Both the position numbers and the translations under genes were made by a program. This document shows positions 29,928-38,173 of a stretch of 64,000 nt of DNA, in pieces. This DNA is from Mailhella sp. GTDB lineage: Bacteria > Desulfobacterota > Desulfovibrionia > Desulfovibrionales > Desulfovibrionaceae. Location: positions 520 through 64,519 of the forward strand of contig JAFQTU010000016.1 in assembly GCA_017408905.1 (NCBI GenBank), given 5' to 3'. Within the stretch, counting starts at the first letter, position 1. Every line of letters begins with the position of its first letter. The notes beneath the pieces were generated by a model. That model had not been told where the DNA came from, ran no database searches, and saw only the letters and a list, made by a program, of their open reading frames with translations.

Positions 29928-31598
29928 ATGTCTGAACCCTATCTGACCATAACACCGCTGGGAGGCCACGGCGAGATCGGCATGAACTGCCAGAAATGGC
30001 AGACCGATCAGGGCGTGGTGCTGGTCGACTGCGGCCTCATGTTCCCGGATGATTCTCTCCTCGGCATCGACGTGGTCATCCCCCGCCTGGAATCCGTGTT
30101 CACGGAAGAAGAAAAGGTGCTGGGCATCGTCCTCACGCATGGCCATGAAGACCATATCGGCGCCCTGCCCTGGCTTCTCCACCAATATAAGAGCCTGCGC
30201 GGCCTGCGCATCTACGGTTCGCCCTTCACGCTGGCCCTCGTCGGGCACAAGCTCGAAGAGCACGGCGTGCTGGAGCGCGTGGAGCTCATCCCCATGCCTG
30301 CCTACGCCTCGGTGACGCTGGGCAGCCTGACCTTCCACTTCATCCCGGTTTACCACTCCATACCGCAGTGCTACGCCCTTGCCGTGGAAACGCCCGTGGG
30401 CAAGGTCATCCACACCGGGGACTTCAAGCTCGACCCTACCCCGCTGGGAGAAAACGCCCACGACCCCTGCGCCGATTTCGCAAGCTTTGCCCAGAACGGC
30501 GGCGTGCGCCTGCTCATGGCCGACTCTACCAACGTGGAGCACGAAGGGCGTTCCCAGCCGGAACGCAAGGTGCGCGACGACCTCGACCTCATCTTCGGCG
30601 AAGCCAAGGGGCGCATCGTCATCGCCCTGTTCTCCAGCCATATCCGCCGCATCAAGACCGTTATCGAACTGGCGCAGAAATACGGCCGCAGTGTTCTGGT
30701 GAGCGGGCGCAGCCTTTCCACCAATATCGAGAAGGCCGTGGAACTCGGGCTTATCGAGCGCCCGCACAACGTCTATAGCGAAGCCCTCGGCTTCCCGGAA
30801 CTGGACCCGGCGCAGACCGTCATCCTCGCCACGGGAACGCAGGGCGAAGCCCTTTCGGCCCTTGCCCGCATCGCCCGCGGCGAACACCGCCACATCTCCC
30901 TGCGCGAAGGCGATACCGTCATCATGTCGTCCCGCGTCATCCCGGGCAACGCGCGCGCCGTTTCCAAGGTACACGACCAGATATACCGCCTCGGGGCCAG
31001 CGTCTATCACGACCGCAGCCGTACCGTGCACGCCACGGGCCACGCCCAGCGCGAAGAGCTCATCGACATCATCCAGGCCGCCCGGCCGGAATACTTCATC
31101 CCGGTGCATGGCGAATACCGCCACCTTGCCCTGCACGCCCAGCTTGCCGAGGAATGCGGCGTCGATCCGCAGAAGATACGCATCATCGAGGACGGCCAGC
31201 CCATCACCCTCCTGCCCGAAGGCATACGCCTCGAAGCCCCCGTGCCGGTGGAATCCGTCATGGTGGACGGCAAGGGCGTGGGCGACGTGGGCCGCGTCGT
31301 CCTCAAGGAGCGGCGCATACTCGGCGGCGAAGGCCTTGTGGCCGTGGTACTGGTGCTGGCCGAAGAAACAGGCGAAGTCCTGCACGGGCCGGAAATGATC
31401 TCGCGCGGCTTCGTCTTCGAACAGCAGTACAGCCACCTCCTCGAAGACTCCAAGTGCATCGTGCTCGACCAGATAGAGAACACCCCGCCCAGCGACACGC
31501 AGAAGCTCTGCGAGCGCATCCGCTCCAGCCTGCGCCGCTTCTTCCGCGACGTTCTGGGCCGTGACCCGGTGGTCGTGCCCATCGTCTCCAAGGTCTAG
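29928..31598 (+). CDS. rnj: Ribonuclease J
   Basis: PLGGHGEIGMN, THGHEDHIG, HTGDFK, HATGH, PVHGE, SRGF. Confidence 0.96.
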   Translation: MSEPYLTITPLGGHGEIGMNCQKWQTDQGVVLVDCGLMFPDDSLLGIDVVIPRLESVFTEEEKVLGIVLTHGHEDHIGALPWLLHQYKSLRGLRIYGSPFTLALVGHKLEEHGVLERVELIPMPAYASVTLGSLTFHFIPVYHSIPQCYALAVETPVGKVIHTGDFKLDPTPLGENAHDPCADFASFAQNGGVRLLMADSTNVEHEGRSQPERKVRDDLDLIFGEAKGRIVIALFSSHIRRIKTVIELAQKYGRSVLVSGRSLSTNIEKAVELGLIERPHNVYSEALGFPELDPAQTVILATGTQGEALSALARIARGEHRHISLREGDTVIMSSRVIPGNARAVSKVHDQIYRLGASVYHDRSRTVHATGHAQREELIDIIQAARPEYFIPVHGEYRHLALHAQLAEECGVDPQKIRIIEDGQPITLLPEGIRLEAPVPVESVMVDGKGVGDVGRVVLKERRILGGEGLVAVVLVLAEETGEVLHGPEMISRGFVFEQQYSHLLEDSKCIVLDQIENTPPSDTQKLCERIRSSLRRFFRDVLGRDPVVVPIVSKV

Positions 31599-31614
31599 CG
31601 CATCCTGCCATAGC

Positions 31615-31651
31615 AAAAAGAGCGGCCTCCCGAGGGAGCGCCGCTCTTTTT
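31615..31651. terminator. Bidirectional terminator between rnj and the TRAP SBP gene
   Basis: AAAAAGAGCGGC...GCCGCTCTTTTT. Confidence 0.75.
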
Positions 31652-31701
31652 CTATGGAAAAGGCAGGGCCGAAGTCCTGCCTTTCCTGCGTATGATTCAC
31701 A

Positions 31702-32763
31702 TCAGTCGCTGTACTTCCCGGCCTTCCAGGCCTTTGTGTGGAAGTCGGCACGACAGCGGGCGTAGCCGAGAAGCTTGTCCAGAAGCACGGGGTCAAGGCC
31801 TTCGCAGTATTCCTTCCAGAGTTCGCTCATGGACGCCATCACCTTGTCGAACTCGGCCTTGTCCGCCTCGGGAACGCGGCAGAACTTATGGTCCATGGTC
31901 TCCATCACGGCTATCTCGGCCTGCACCCTTTCCTCAAGGGCCTGCGCGATATCGAGGGCCATTCCAGCCCCGCCTTCAGCCTTGAGCCACTTCCGCATAT
32001 CCGCAGGCATGGCGTTCCACTGCTTGTGGCTGGCTTCCATGATAAAGCCCTGCACCATAGCGTCGAGCATGAGGTGATGCTTCACAAGGCCGGTCAGGCG
32101 ATAGGCCTTGAGGGGGGCCAGCGGGCAGAGGATACCGTCGGCAAGGCCGCGCTGAAGCGTCCAGTACGTATCGGGAGGGCTTACCATAACAGGGTTGGCT
32201 CCCATTTCCCGCACCATAGTATGGCTCACGGCATCCCACACCACGATGTTCTTCCCCTGAAGCTCCTTGAGGGAATGGACGGGGCTCTTGGTGTGCATCT
32301 GGTAGGAGGCACTGGTCCACGAGGTGAAGTGCTCGGTATTCTTGGGGAACTCGGCACGGACGGCGGGGAAATGGTCAATGATGTCGGCCAGCACCAGAGA
32401 GCCGACTACAGCGTTGGGCACAAGGCCCGGGATATTGATGACACCGAGCAGGCGGAATTCGTTGGGGTGCACGGAAGGCCGGATGGTGCCGAAGGCGGCG
32501 CGCCCGTCGGAAACGCCCTGCATGGCTTCGGCCTGGTTGGAATAGAGCATATTTTCAGCGAAGTAGCTGAACTTGATCTTCCCTGCGAATCTGGCTTCCG
32601 CCTTATCGAAGAAAGGCTTCCACACCGAAGCCACAACGGGATGTTCTTCCACGTAGCCTCCCATGAAGGGAAGCTCGACGGGCTTTTCGGCGGCAAGGGC
32701 CGGAACAGAAACGAGTACGCCAAAGGCAAGCCCGGCGGCAAGGCTTTTGATACGATGGATCAC
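31702..32763 (-). CDS. dctP: TRAP transporter substrate-binding protein (DctP family)
   Basis: Signal peptide, ELQGKNI, LQRGLADG. GTG start with GGAG SD. Confidence 0.75.
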   Translation of the reverse strand: MIHRIKSLAAGLAFGVLVSVPALAAEKPVELPFMGGYVEEHPVVASVWKPFFDKAEARFAGKIKFSYFAENMLYSNQAEAMQGVSDGRAAFGTIRPSVHPNEFRLLGVINIPGLVPNAVVGSLVLADIIDHFPAVRAEFPKNTEHFTSWTSASYQMHTKSPVHSLKELQGKNIVVWDAVSHTMVREMGANPVMVSPPDTYWTLQRGLADGILCPLAPLKAYRLTGLVKHHLMLDAMVQGFIMEASHKQWNAMPADMRKWLKAEGGAGMALDIAQALEERVQAEIAVMETMDHKFCRVPEADKAEFDKVMASMSELWKEYCEGLDPVLLDKLLGYARCRADFHTKAWKAGKYSD

Positions 32764-32956
32764 GTTGGACTCCTTGAACAGAAAGACGCCCGTTCCAGAG
32801 AAGGGCAAGGGCCCACAGAGGGGCAACGCGTGAACATATATCATAAAAACCGAAAGGGGGAAGATGTCAACCGCCAGTGACGCCTTCCGCGGGCAGAAAA
32901 AAAAGACCGGCAGGACGATGCCGGTCTTCAGGGGACTTTTCGTGACAGGGGCGGGC

Positions 32957-33133
32957 TTATTCAGCCACAGGCTCGTAATAGCAGCGCTTGGGGGAGTGGA
33001 TCTTGCCGGCCTTCTTGAGCTCGGCACAGGCCTTGGAGACTTCCTTGGAATCCACGCCCAGAGCCTTGGCGATATCGCCAGGACGAACGGGCTTGCCAGC
33101 TTCTTTCATAGCGTTGAGGACCTTATCTTCCAT
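32957..33133 (-). CDS. Small winged-helix protein (58 aa), absent from the ORF track
   Basis: Manual translation: MEDKVLNAMKEAGKPVRPGDIAKALGVDSKEVSKACAELKKAGKIHSPKRCYYEPVAE. It has a GGAG SD, biased codons and a downstream hairpin terminator (about 32934-32955). Confidence 0.8.
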   Translation of the reverse strand: MEDKVLNAMKEAGKPVRPGDIAKALGVDSKEVSKACAELKKAGKIHSPKRCYYEPVAE

Positions 33134-33231
33134 GGTGAACTCCTTATGTGCGGTTTGAGGTGGCTTTGAGGAAGGGAGGCGCTTTCCTGCGCCGTTGAGA
33201 TAGATATACAGGAAAGCGCGGACTTTGGCAA

Positions 33232-33250
33232 GAATTATTAGTAATAATTC
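33232..33250. promoter_or_regulatory. Perfect 9-1-9 AT-rich palindrome GAATTATTA-G-TAATAATTC
   Basis: Direct inspection; lies in the divergent intergenic region between the small wHTH gene and the ArnT-like gene. Confidence 0.55.
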
Positions 33251-33492
33251 CTAATAAATTTTCTATCGCTATTTTTTAGCTTTGTTTTCAACAAGTTACA
33301 AAGTATTATCCAACCAACCCTCTCTTATTCTCAGTGCAAAGCTCCCGTCTGCTCCGGCCCTCCAGTTCCGCTCTCCCTATTTTAAATGGAACAAGTCGCC
33401 GTACAGGGCTTGCGCCGGGCCGCGTATTCTGGGATACTCCGACATGATTCTCGGAATCGCGAGCCACCCTACTTTGACAAGCGGAGCATGAA

Positions 33493-35514
33493 ATGGACGA
33501 AACCATAGAACGCAACGAACTCAAGAAAGAAAACCCTGCCCCCCTCGCGGAAGAAAACGCTGTCGAGGCTGTGGACAGCACCCCTGAAAGCACGCCCGAA
33601 ACCGTACCTGCCGAAGCGCCCGCCGATAAGCCCGCCGATGATCGCGCCGATACTCCCGAAGACGCGGCAGAGGAAAACGGCATAGACGCTGACGCCGCCG
33701 CGCCGGAAGGCGAGGAAGACGCTCAGGAAGCGGACGCGGAAAAGGCCGAAGAAAAGGCAGGGGAAGATGCCGATGCGCCTCTCGTCATGCCTGCTCCGAC
33801 CGATATCCCCGAAGCCATGGCCATGCCTGAAAAGCCCGCTCCTGCCCCCGTCCCTGCCGGGCCTGCGGAAAAGCTGTTCAACGGCCTTTCCTACATCGGC
33901 CTGCCCGTCCTGCTCCTCTTCGCCGCGGCCATGAGCTTCCTCGAAGTCTGGCAGGTGCGCGAACTCTGGTTCTCCGGCGAAGCCCGCCTTGCCGATGTCC
34001 TTGCGGGCGTGAAGGGCGGCGACTGGCTTATGCTCACGCTGAACGGCGCACCCTATCCTGACGAGCCGCCGCTGTACTTCTGGTTCATGGACGCCCTCAC
34101 CAAGATACCGGGCTTCCCTGTTTCCGTGCCTATGGCGCTGTTCCTTGCCGTTGCCATTTCCCATGCGCTGTTCGTCGGCTCCATCTGGGCTCTGGCCCGC
34201 GGCACCGGCTTCGACCGCAGCGTGGCCTTCGCTTCCGGCCTCGTGGCCCTGTCCTGCGTCTTCATCAGCGGTGCGGCCACCTGCCCCGGCGTGGATCTGC
34301 TCTTCGCCGCTTTCGTGACGCTGGGCATGACCTGCCTGTATCGCGGCTGGATAAAGAGCTTCGCGCCCTTCTGGCTGGCCTGCGGCTGGCTTCTCATGGC
34401 CGCCGCCACGCTCACCAAGGGCCCGCTGGGCATTGCCTTCGCCATTGTCACCAGCGTCTTCTTCCTGTTCTGGCGCTGGACTCCCGGCCGCCTCAACAGC
34501 CGCGACGGCCTGCCCGGCTTCTTCCTCATGCTCCTTGCTCTGGCGGCATGGTTCGGCGCGCTCTATCTTGGCGGCCATACCGATTACATCCGCGCCATGG
34601 TGGCAGATCAGCTCGTCGGCCACGCCTACACAGGCGCTCCCCTTGAGCAGGACTGGTGGTTCTACCTCGCCGCCCTGCCTGTCATCTGGATGCCGTGGAT
34701 ACTGCTCCCGCTCTTCGTGAACTGGTTTGCCGCCCTGCGCGGTATCCCCGCCTATTTCCGCAATCGCAAGACCGAAGGCGGTTCGAGCTGGCTCTGGATA
34801 TGGCTGGTCACGGGCGTGGCCATGCTCACCCTCGTCCAGACCAAGAACCCCATCTACGTCCTGCCCCTGCTGGCGCCGCTGGCCGTGCTCACCGCGCGTT
34901 CCCTGCTCAAGCTCAGCGCAGGCGGCAGCCGCTGTTTCTTCGGCCTTTCCGCCGCCATCCTCGCCGTGGCCGGTCTGGCCCTCGTGCTCTTCGACGTCTA
35001 TCCCTTCATCCGTGAATACGTCCCGGCCGAATGGCAGGCCTATATCCCTGCCGCTCTGCTCCCGTGGGTCGAAGCCATCGACGGAACCATGTACATGGGC
35101 GCGATCCTCATCGTGACCGCCGTTGTCCTGCTTTCCCTCACCCGCCTCGCCCTGCCCGGCGGCTCCCTGCTCATCATGGCGCTTGGCATGATGCTCCTGA
35201 TCCAGCCCTATCACTGGTTCGTGACGCCTTCCATGGGCAAGATCCTCAGCCCCGGCACTCAGGCCGCTGCCACGGCTGACCAGCCGAAGGAAGCTCTCGC
35301 CCCCGCCGCCCCTGCTGTGGACGAGAAGCCTGCCGAAGCCGCCCCCGCAGAACAGCCTCAGGCCGCACCGGCTGAAGCTCCTGCCGCCGAGGCCCAGCCC
35401 GCCCCGACCGAAGAGCCTGCCAAGGCTGAACCCGCCGCCCCGGCGGCCCCTGCCGACAGCGCACCGGAAGCCCAGCCTGAAGCGCCTGCCGCCCCGGCTG
35501 AACCTCAGGCCTGA
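33493..35514 (+). CDS. ArnT/PMT-like (GT39/GT83) membrane glycosyltransferase with acidic Ala/Pro/Glu-rich termini
   Basis: Y.DEPPLYFW, LTKGPLG, WWFY and multiple transmembrane segments. Confidence 0.72.
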   Translation: MDETIERNELKKENPAPLAEENAVEAVDSTPESTPETVPAEAPADKPADDRADTPEDAAEENGIDADAAAPEGEEDAQEADAEKAEEKAGEDADAPLVMPAPTDIPEAMAMPEKPAPAPVPAGPAEKLFNGLSYIGLPVLLLFAAAMSFLEVWQVRELWFSGEARLADVLAGVKGGDWLMLTLNGAPYPDEPPLYFWFMDALTKIPGFPVSVPMALFLAVAISHALFVGSIWALARGTGFDRSVAFASGLVALSCVFISGAATCPGVDLLFAAFVTLGMTCLYRGWIKSFAPFWLACGWLLMAAATLTKGPLGIAFAIVTSVFFLFWRWTPGRLNSRDGLPGFFLMLLALAAWFGALYLGGHTDYIRAMVADQLVGHAYTGAPLEQDWWFYLAALPVIWMPWILLPLFVNWFAALRGIPAYFRNRKTEGGSSWLWIWLVTGVAMLTLVQTKNPIYVLPLLAPLAVLTARSLLKLSAGGSRCFFGLSAAILAVAGLALVLFDVYPFIREYVPAEWQAYIPAALLPWVEAIDGTMYMGAILIVTAVVLLSLTRLALPGGSLLIMALGMMLLIQPYHWFVTPSMGKILSPGTQAAATADQPKEALAPAAPAVDEKPAEAAPAEQPQAAPAEAPAAEAQPAPTEEPAKAEPAAPAAPADSAPEAQPEAPAAPAEPQA

Positions 35515-35561
35515 CAGCGTGCCCCGCACCAGCCATCCTTAACAGAGAAAGGTTCCTTCCC

Positions 35562-36158
35562 ATGACCTGCTTCTATCTTCTCTTCGGCATGACCTTTGCC
35601 TTCCTGCTCGGCGCCGTTCCCTTCGGCCTCGTCGTTGCCAAGACCTTCAAGGGCATCGACCCCCGCAAGGCCGGCAGCGGCAATATCGGCTCGACCAATG
35701 TGGCCCGCCTCTGCGGCTGGCCCTGCGGCCTGCTCACCCTGTTCTGCGACATCATGAAGGGCACTCTGCCCGTGCTCATCGCCGTATATCTGCTCCCCGA
35801 CCAGTTCATGCAGAGCCTTGTGGCGCTGGCCGCCGTTCTGGGCCATATCAAGTCGCCCTTCCTCGGCTTCAAGGGCGGCAAGGGCGTGGCCACCACCATC
35901 GGCGCGCTCATCCCTCTGGCCTTCCTGCCCCTGCTCTGCGCCGTGGCCTGCTTCTTCGTGGTGGTCTTCATCACCCGCTACGTGTCGCTGAGTTCCATGA
36001 CCATGTCCGTGGCGCTGGTGGTCTTCTACGCCGTGTTCGGGCATTGGCAACTCCTGCCGCTGGGCGTGGTGCTCGCCGCCATGATCATCTGGGCCCACCG
36101 CAGCAACATCAGCCGCCTCCTGCGCGGGGAAGAAAGCAAATTCGTTCTGAAAAAATGA
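35562..36158 (+). CDS. plsY: Glycerol-3-phosphate acyltransferase PlsY
   Basis: GSGNIGSTN, DIMKG, GH..PFLGFKGGKGVAT, HRSNI. Confidence 0.96.
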   Translation: MTCFYLLFGMTFAFLLGAVPFGLVVAKTFKGIDPRKAGSGNIGSTNVARLCGWPCGLLTLFCDIMKGTLPVLIAVYLLPDQFMQSLVALAAVLGHIKSPFLGFKGGKGVATTIGALIPLAFLPLLCAVACFFVVVFITRYVSLSSMTMSVALVVFYAVFGHWQLLPLGVVLAAMIIWAHRSNISRLLRGEESKFVLKK

Positions 36159-36291
36159 AGCGGCAGGCATAGACCTTTTTCCTGTTCCATGCTAGGTTAT
36201 CTTCAAGAGCAGGAACCTACCGTCTCCGCTCAATGCGTCCCATAACGCGGGTTCGCCCCGCATCCCGGTTTTCCCGGGGAAGGATCAGCTT

Positions 36292-36618
36292 ATGCAGATA
36301 GAAGTCGTTTTCCGCAATCTTACCCCTTCCGATCCCCTGAAGAACTATGCCCTGAAGCGCTTCCAGAAGGTCGAGCGCATGGTCGAAGACGAGGAAGCCA
36401 AGCTCCTTGCCACGCTTTCCATGGAAAGCGGCCGCCCCCGTGTGGACATCCAGCTCACCGGGCAGGACGTGAACTTCGTTGCCAGCGAAAAGAACGACGA
36501 CATGTATGCCGCCATCGACCTCTGCAATGACCGCCTTGGCCAGCAGCTCCGCAAGGCCAGCGAACGCCGCAGCCAGATCAACCGCGATACTATCGGCGAT
36601 TCCCTCGGCGACGCATAG
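36292..36618 (+). CDS. hpf: Ribosome hibernation promoting factor (HPF/RaiA family)
   Basis: MQIEVVFRNL..SDPLKNYA..RF.K, DMYAAIDL..DRL..QLRK. Confidence 0.8.
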   Translation: MQIEVVFRNLTPSDPLKNYALKRFQKVERMVEDEEAKLLATLSMESGRPRVDIQLTGQDVNFVASEKNDDMYAAIDLCNDRLGQQLRKASERRSQINRDTIGDSLGDA

Positions 36619-36779
36619 CAGATAACGGCCTTCACGGCCTCCACGCACCATCCTGCGGCCGCTCCCTGTGAGCGGCCGTTTTTTGTTCCCGTCGCCCCGC
36701 GAGGCAGGGAAATTTTTCGCGTGACATTCAGGGGCAAAAGCCGTATTCTTTTCGTTTCCGAAAAAATTGGAGGCTGTGA

Positions 36780-38063
36780 ATGGCTCAACAGATAGATACG
36801 ACTATTATGACGGTGGGCAAGGCGAAGATCGACAACCCCGCCATCGGCCCTTACGTGACCGACAGTCCTGTTCCCTTCTACCTTGATGTGGAACACGCCG
36901 GAGAAGACGCCAAGGGGCTCGACGCTCCGCTCTTCCTTGAACAGGCCGGCCCCCGCTCCCATGTTTACTACGACCCCGGCAAGACCAAGGCTGCCGTCGT
37001 CACCTGCGGCGGCCTCTGCCCCGGCCTGAACGACGTTATCCGCGCCATCGTGCTCGAATCCTACTACGGCTACGGCGTGCGTTCCATCCTTGGCATCCGC
37101 TACGGCCTTGAGGGCTTCATCCCCAAGTACCACCACGATGTCATGGAGCTCACGCCCCGCAACGTCTCCGAGATCCATTCCTTCGGCGGCACCATCCTCG
37201 GCTCTTCCCGCGGCCCGCAGAGCTCGGAAGAGATCGTGGACGCCCTTGAGCGCATGAACGTCAACATGCTCTACATCATCGGCGGCGACGGTACTATGAA
37301 GGCCGCTTCCGCCATTCAGGAAGAGATCGCCCGCCGCCGCCTGCACATCGCCGTGGTCGGCATCCCCAAGACTATCGACAACGATATCAACTTCGTGCCC
37401 AAGTCCTTCGGCTTCGATACCGCTGTGGACGTGGCCACCAACGCCCTGCGCTGTGCCCATACCGAAGCTATCGGCGCCCCCTACGGCGTGGGCCTCGTCA
37501 AGCTCATGGGCCGCGAATCCGGCTTCATCGCCGCTTCGTCCACGCTCTCCCTGAACGTGGTCAACTTCGTGCTCGTGCCTGAAGCCCCCTTTAAGCTGGA
37601 AGGGGAAGGCGGCCTGCTCCCCGCCCTGGAAAAGCGCCTGCTCGAACGCTCCCACGCCGTTATCGTGGCGGCCGAAGGCGCCGGACAGGACCTGCTCACC
37701 GCTTCCGGCAAGACCGACGCTTCCGGCAACCTCGTCCTCGGCGATATCGGCTCCTTCCTCCAGAAGGCCATCAAGAACTATTTCGCGGCGAAGGACATGA
37801 ACGTCACGGTCAAGTACATCGACCCCTCCTACATCGTGCGCTCCATGCCCGCCAACACGAACGACCGCGTTTACTGCGGCCAGCTCGGCCGCAACGCCGT
37901 GCACGCCGCCATGGCCGGCAAGACCAACATGGTCGTGGCCCGTATGCAGGACCGCTTCGTGCACCTGCCCCTGCAGCTCGTGACGCGCCGCCGCCGCAAG
38001 ATCGACATCACGTCCAACTACTGGCGCTCCGTCATTGCGACGACCGGCCAGAAGCTGGCCTAA
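36780..38063 (+). CDS. pfkA: ATP-dependent 6-phosphofructokinase
   Basis: GGLCPGLNDVI, GTILGSSRG, IGGDGT, PKTIDND, MGRESGFIA. Confidence 0.93.
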   Translation: MAQQIDTTIMTVGKAKIDNPAIGPYVTDSPVPFYLDVEHAGEDAKGLDAPLFLEQAGPRSHVYYDPGKTKAAVVTCGGLCPGLNDVIRAIVLESYYGYGVRSILGIRYGLEGFIPKYHHDVMELTPRNVSEIHSFGGTILGSSRGPQSSEEIVDALERMNVNMLYIIGGDGTMKAASAIQEEIARRRLHIAVVGIPKTIDNDINFVPKSFGFDTAVDVATNALRCAHTEAIGAPYGVGLVKLMGRESGFIAASSTLSLNVVNFVLVPEAPFKLEGEGGLLPALEKRLLERSHAVIVAAEGAGQDLLTASGKTDASGNLVLGDIGSFLQKAIKNYFAAKDMNVTVKYIDPSYIVRSMPANTNDRVYCGQLGRNAVHAAMAGKTNMVVARMQDRFVHLPLQLVTRRRRKIDITSNYWRSVIATTGQKLA

Positions 38064-38173
38064 GACTGTTCGGAGAAGCCCTCTCCTCCAAGCCCCGTCA
38101 GGATTTCCCGGCGGGGCTTCTTCTTGCCCTGTTTCCCCTTGCGGAAGCGCCTGTTATAGCGGATGATGGCCGC

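Noticed and set aside
33282-33491. 69-aa TTG-start ORF in the AT-rich intergenic region
   Set aside because: No SD, no recognisable motif, atypical codons; the region is more likely divergent promoter DNA.
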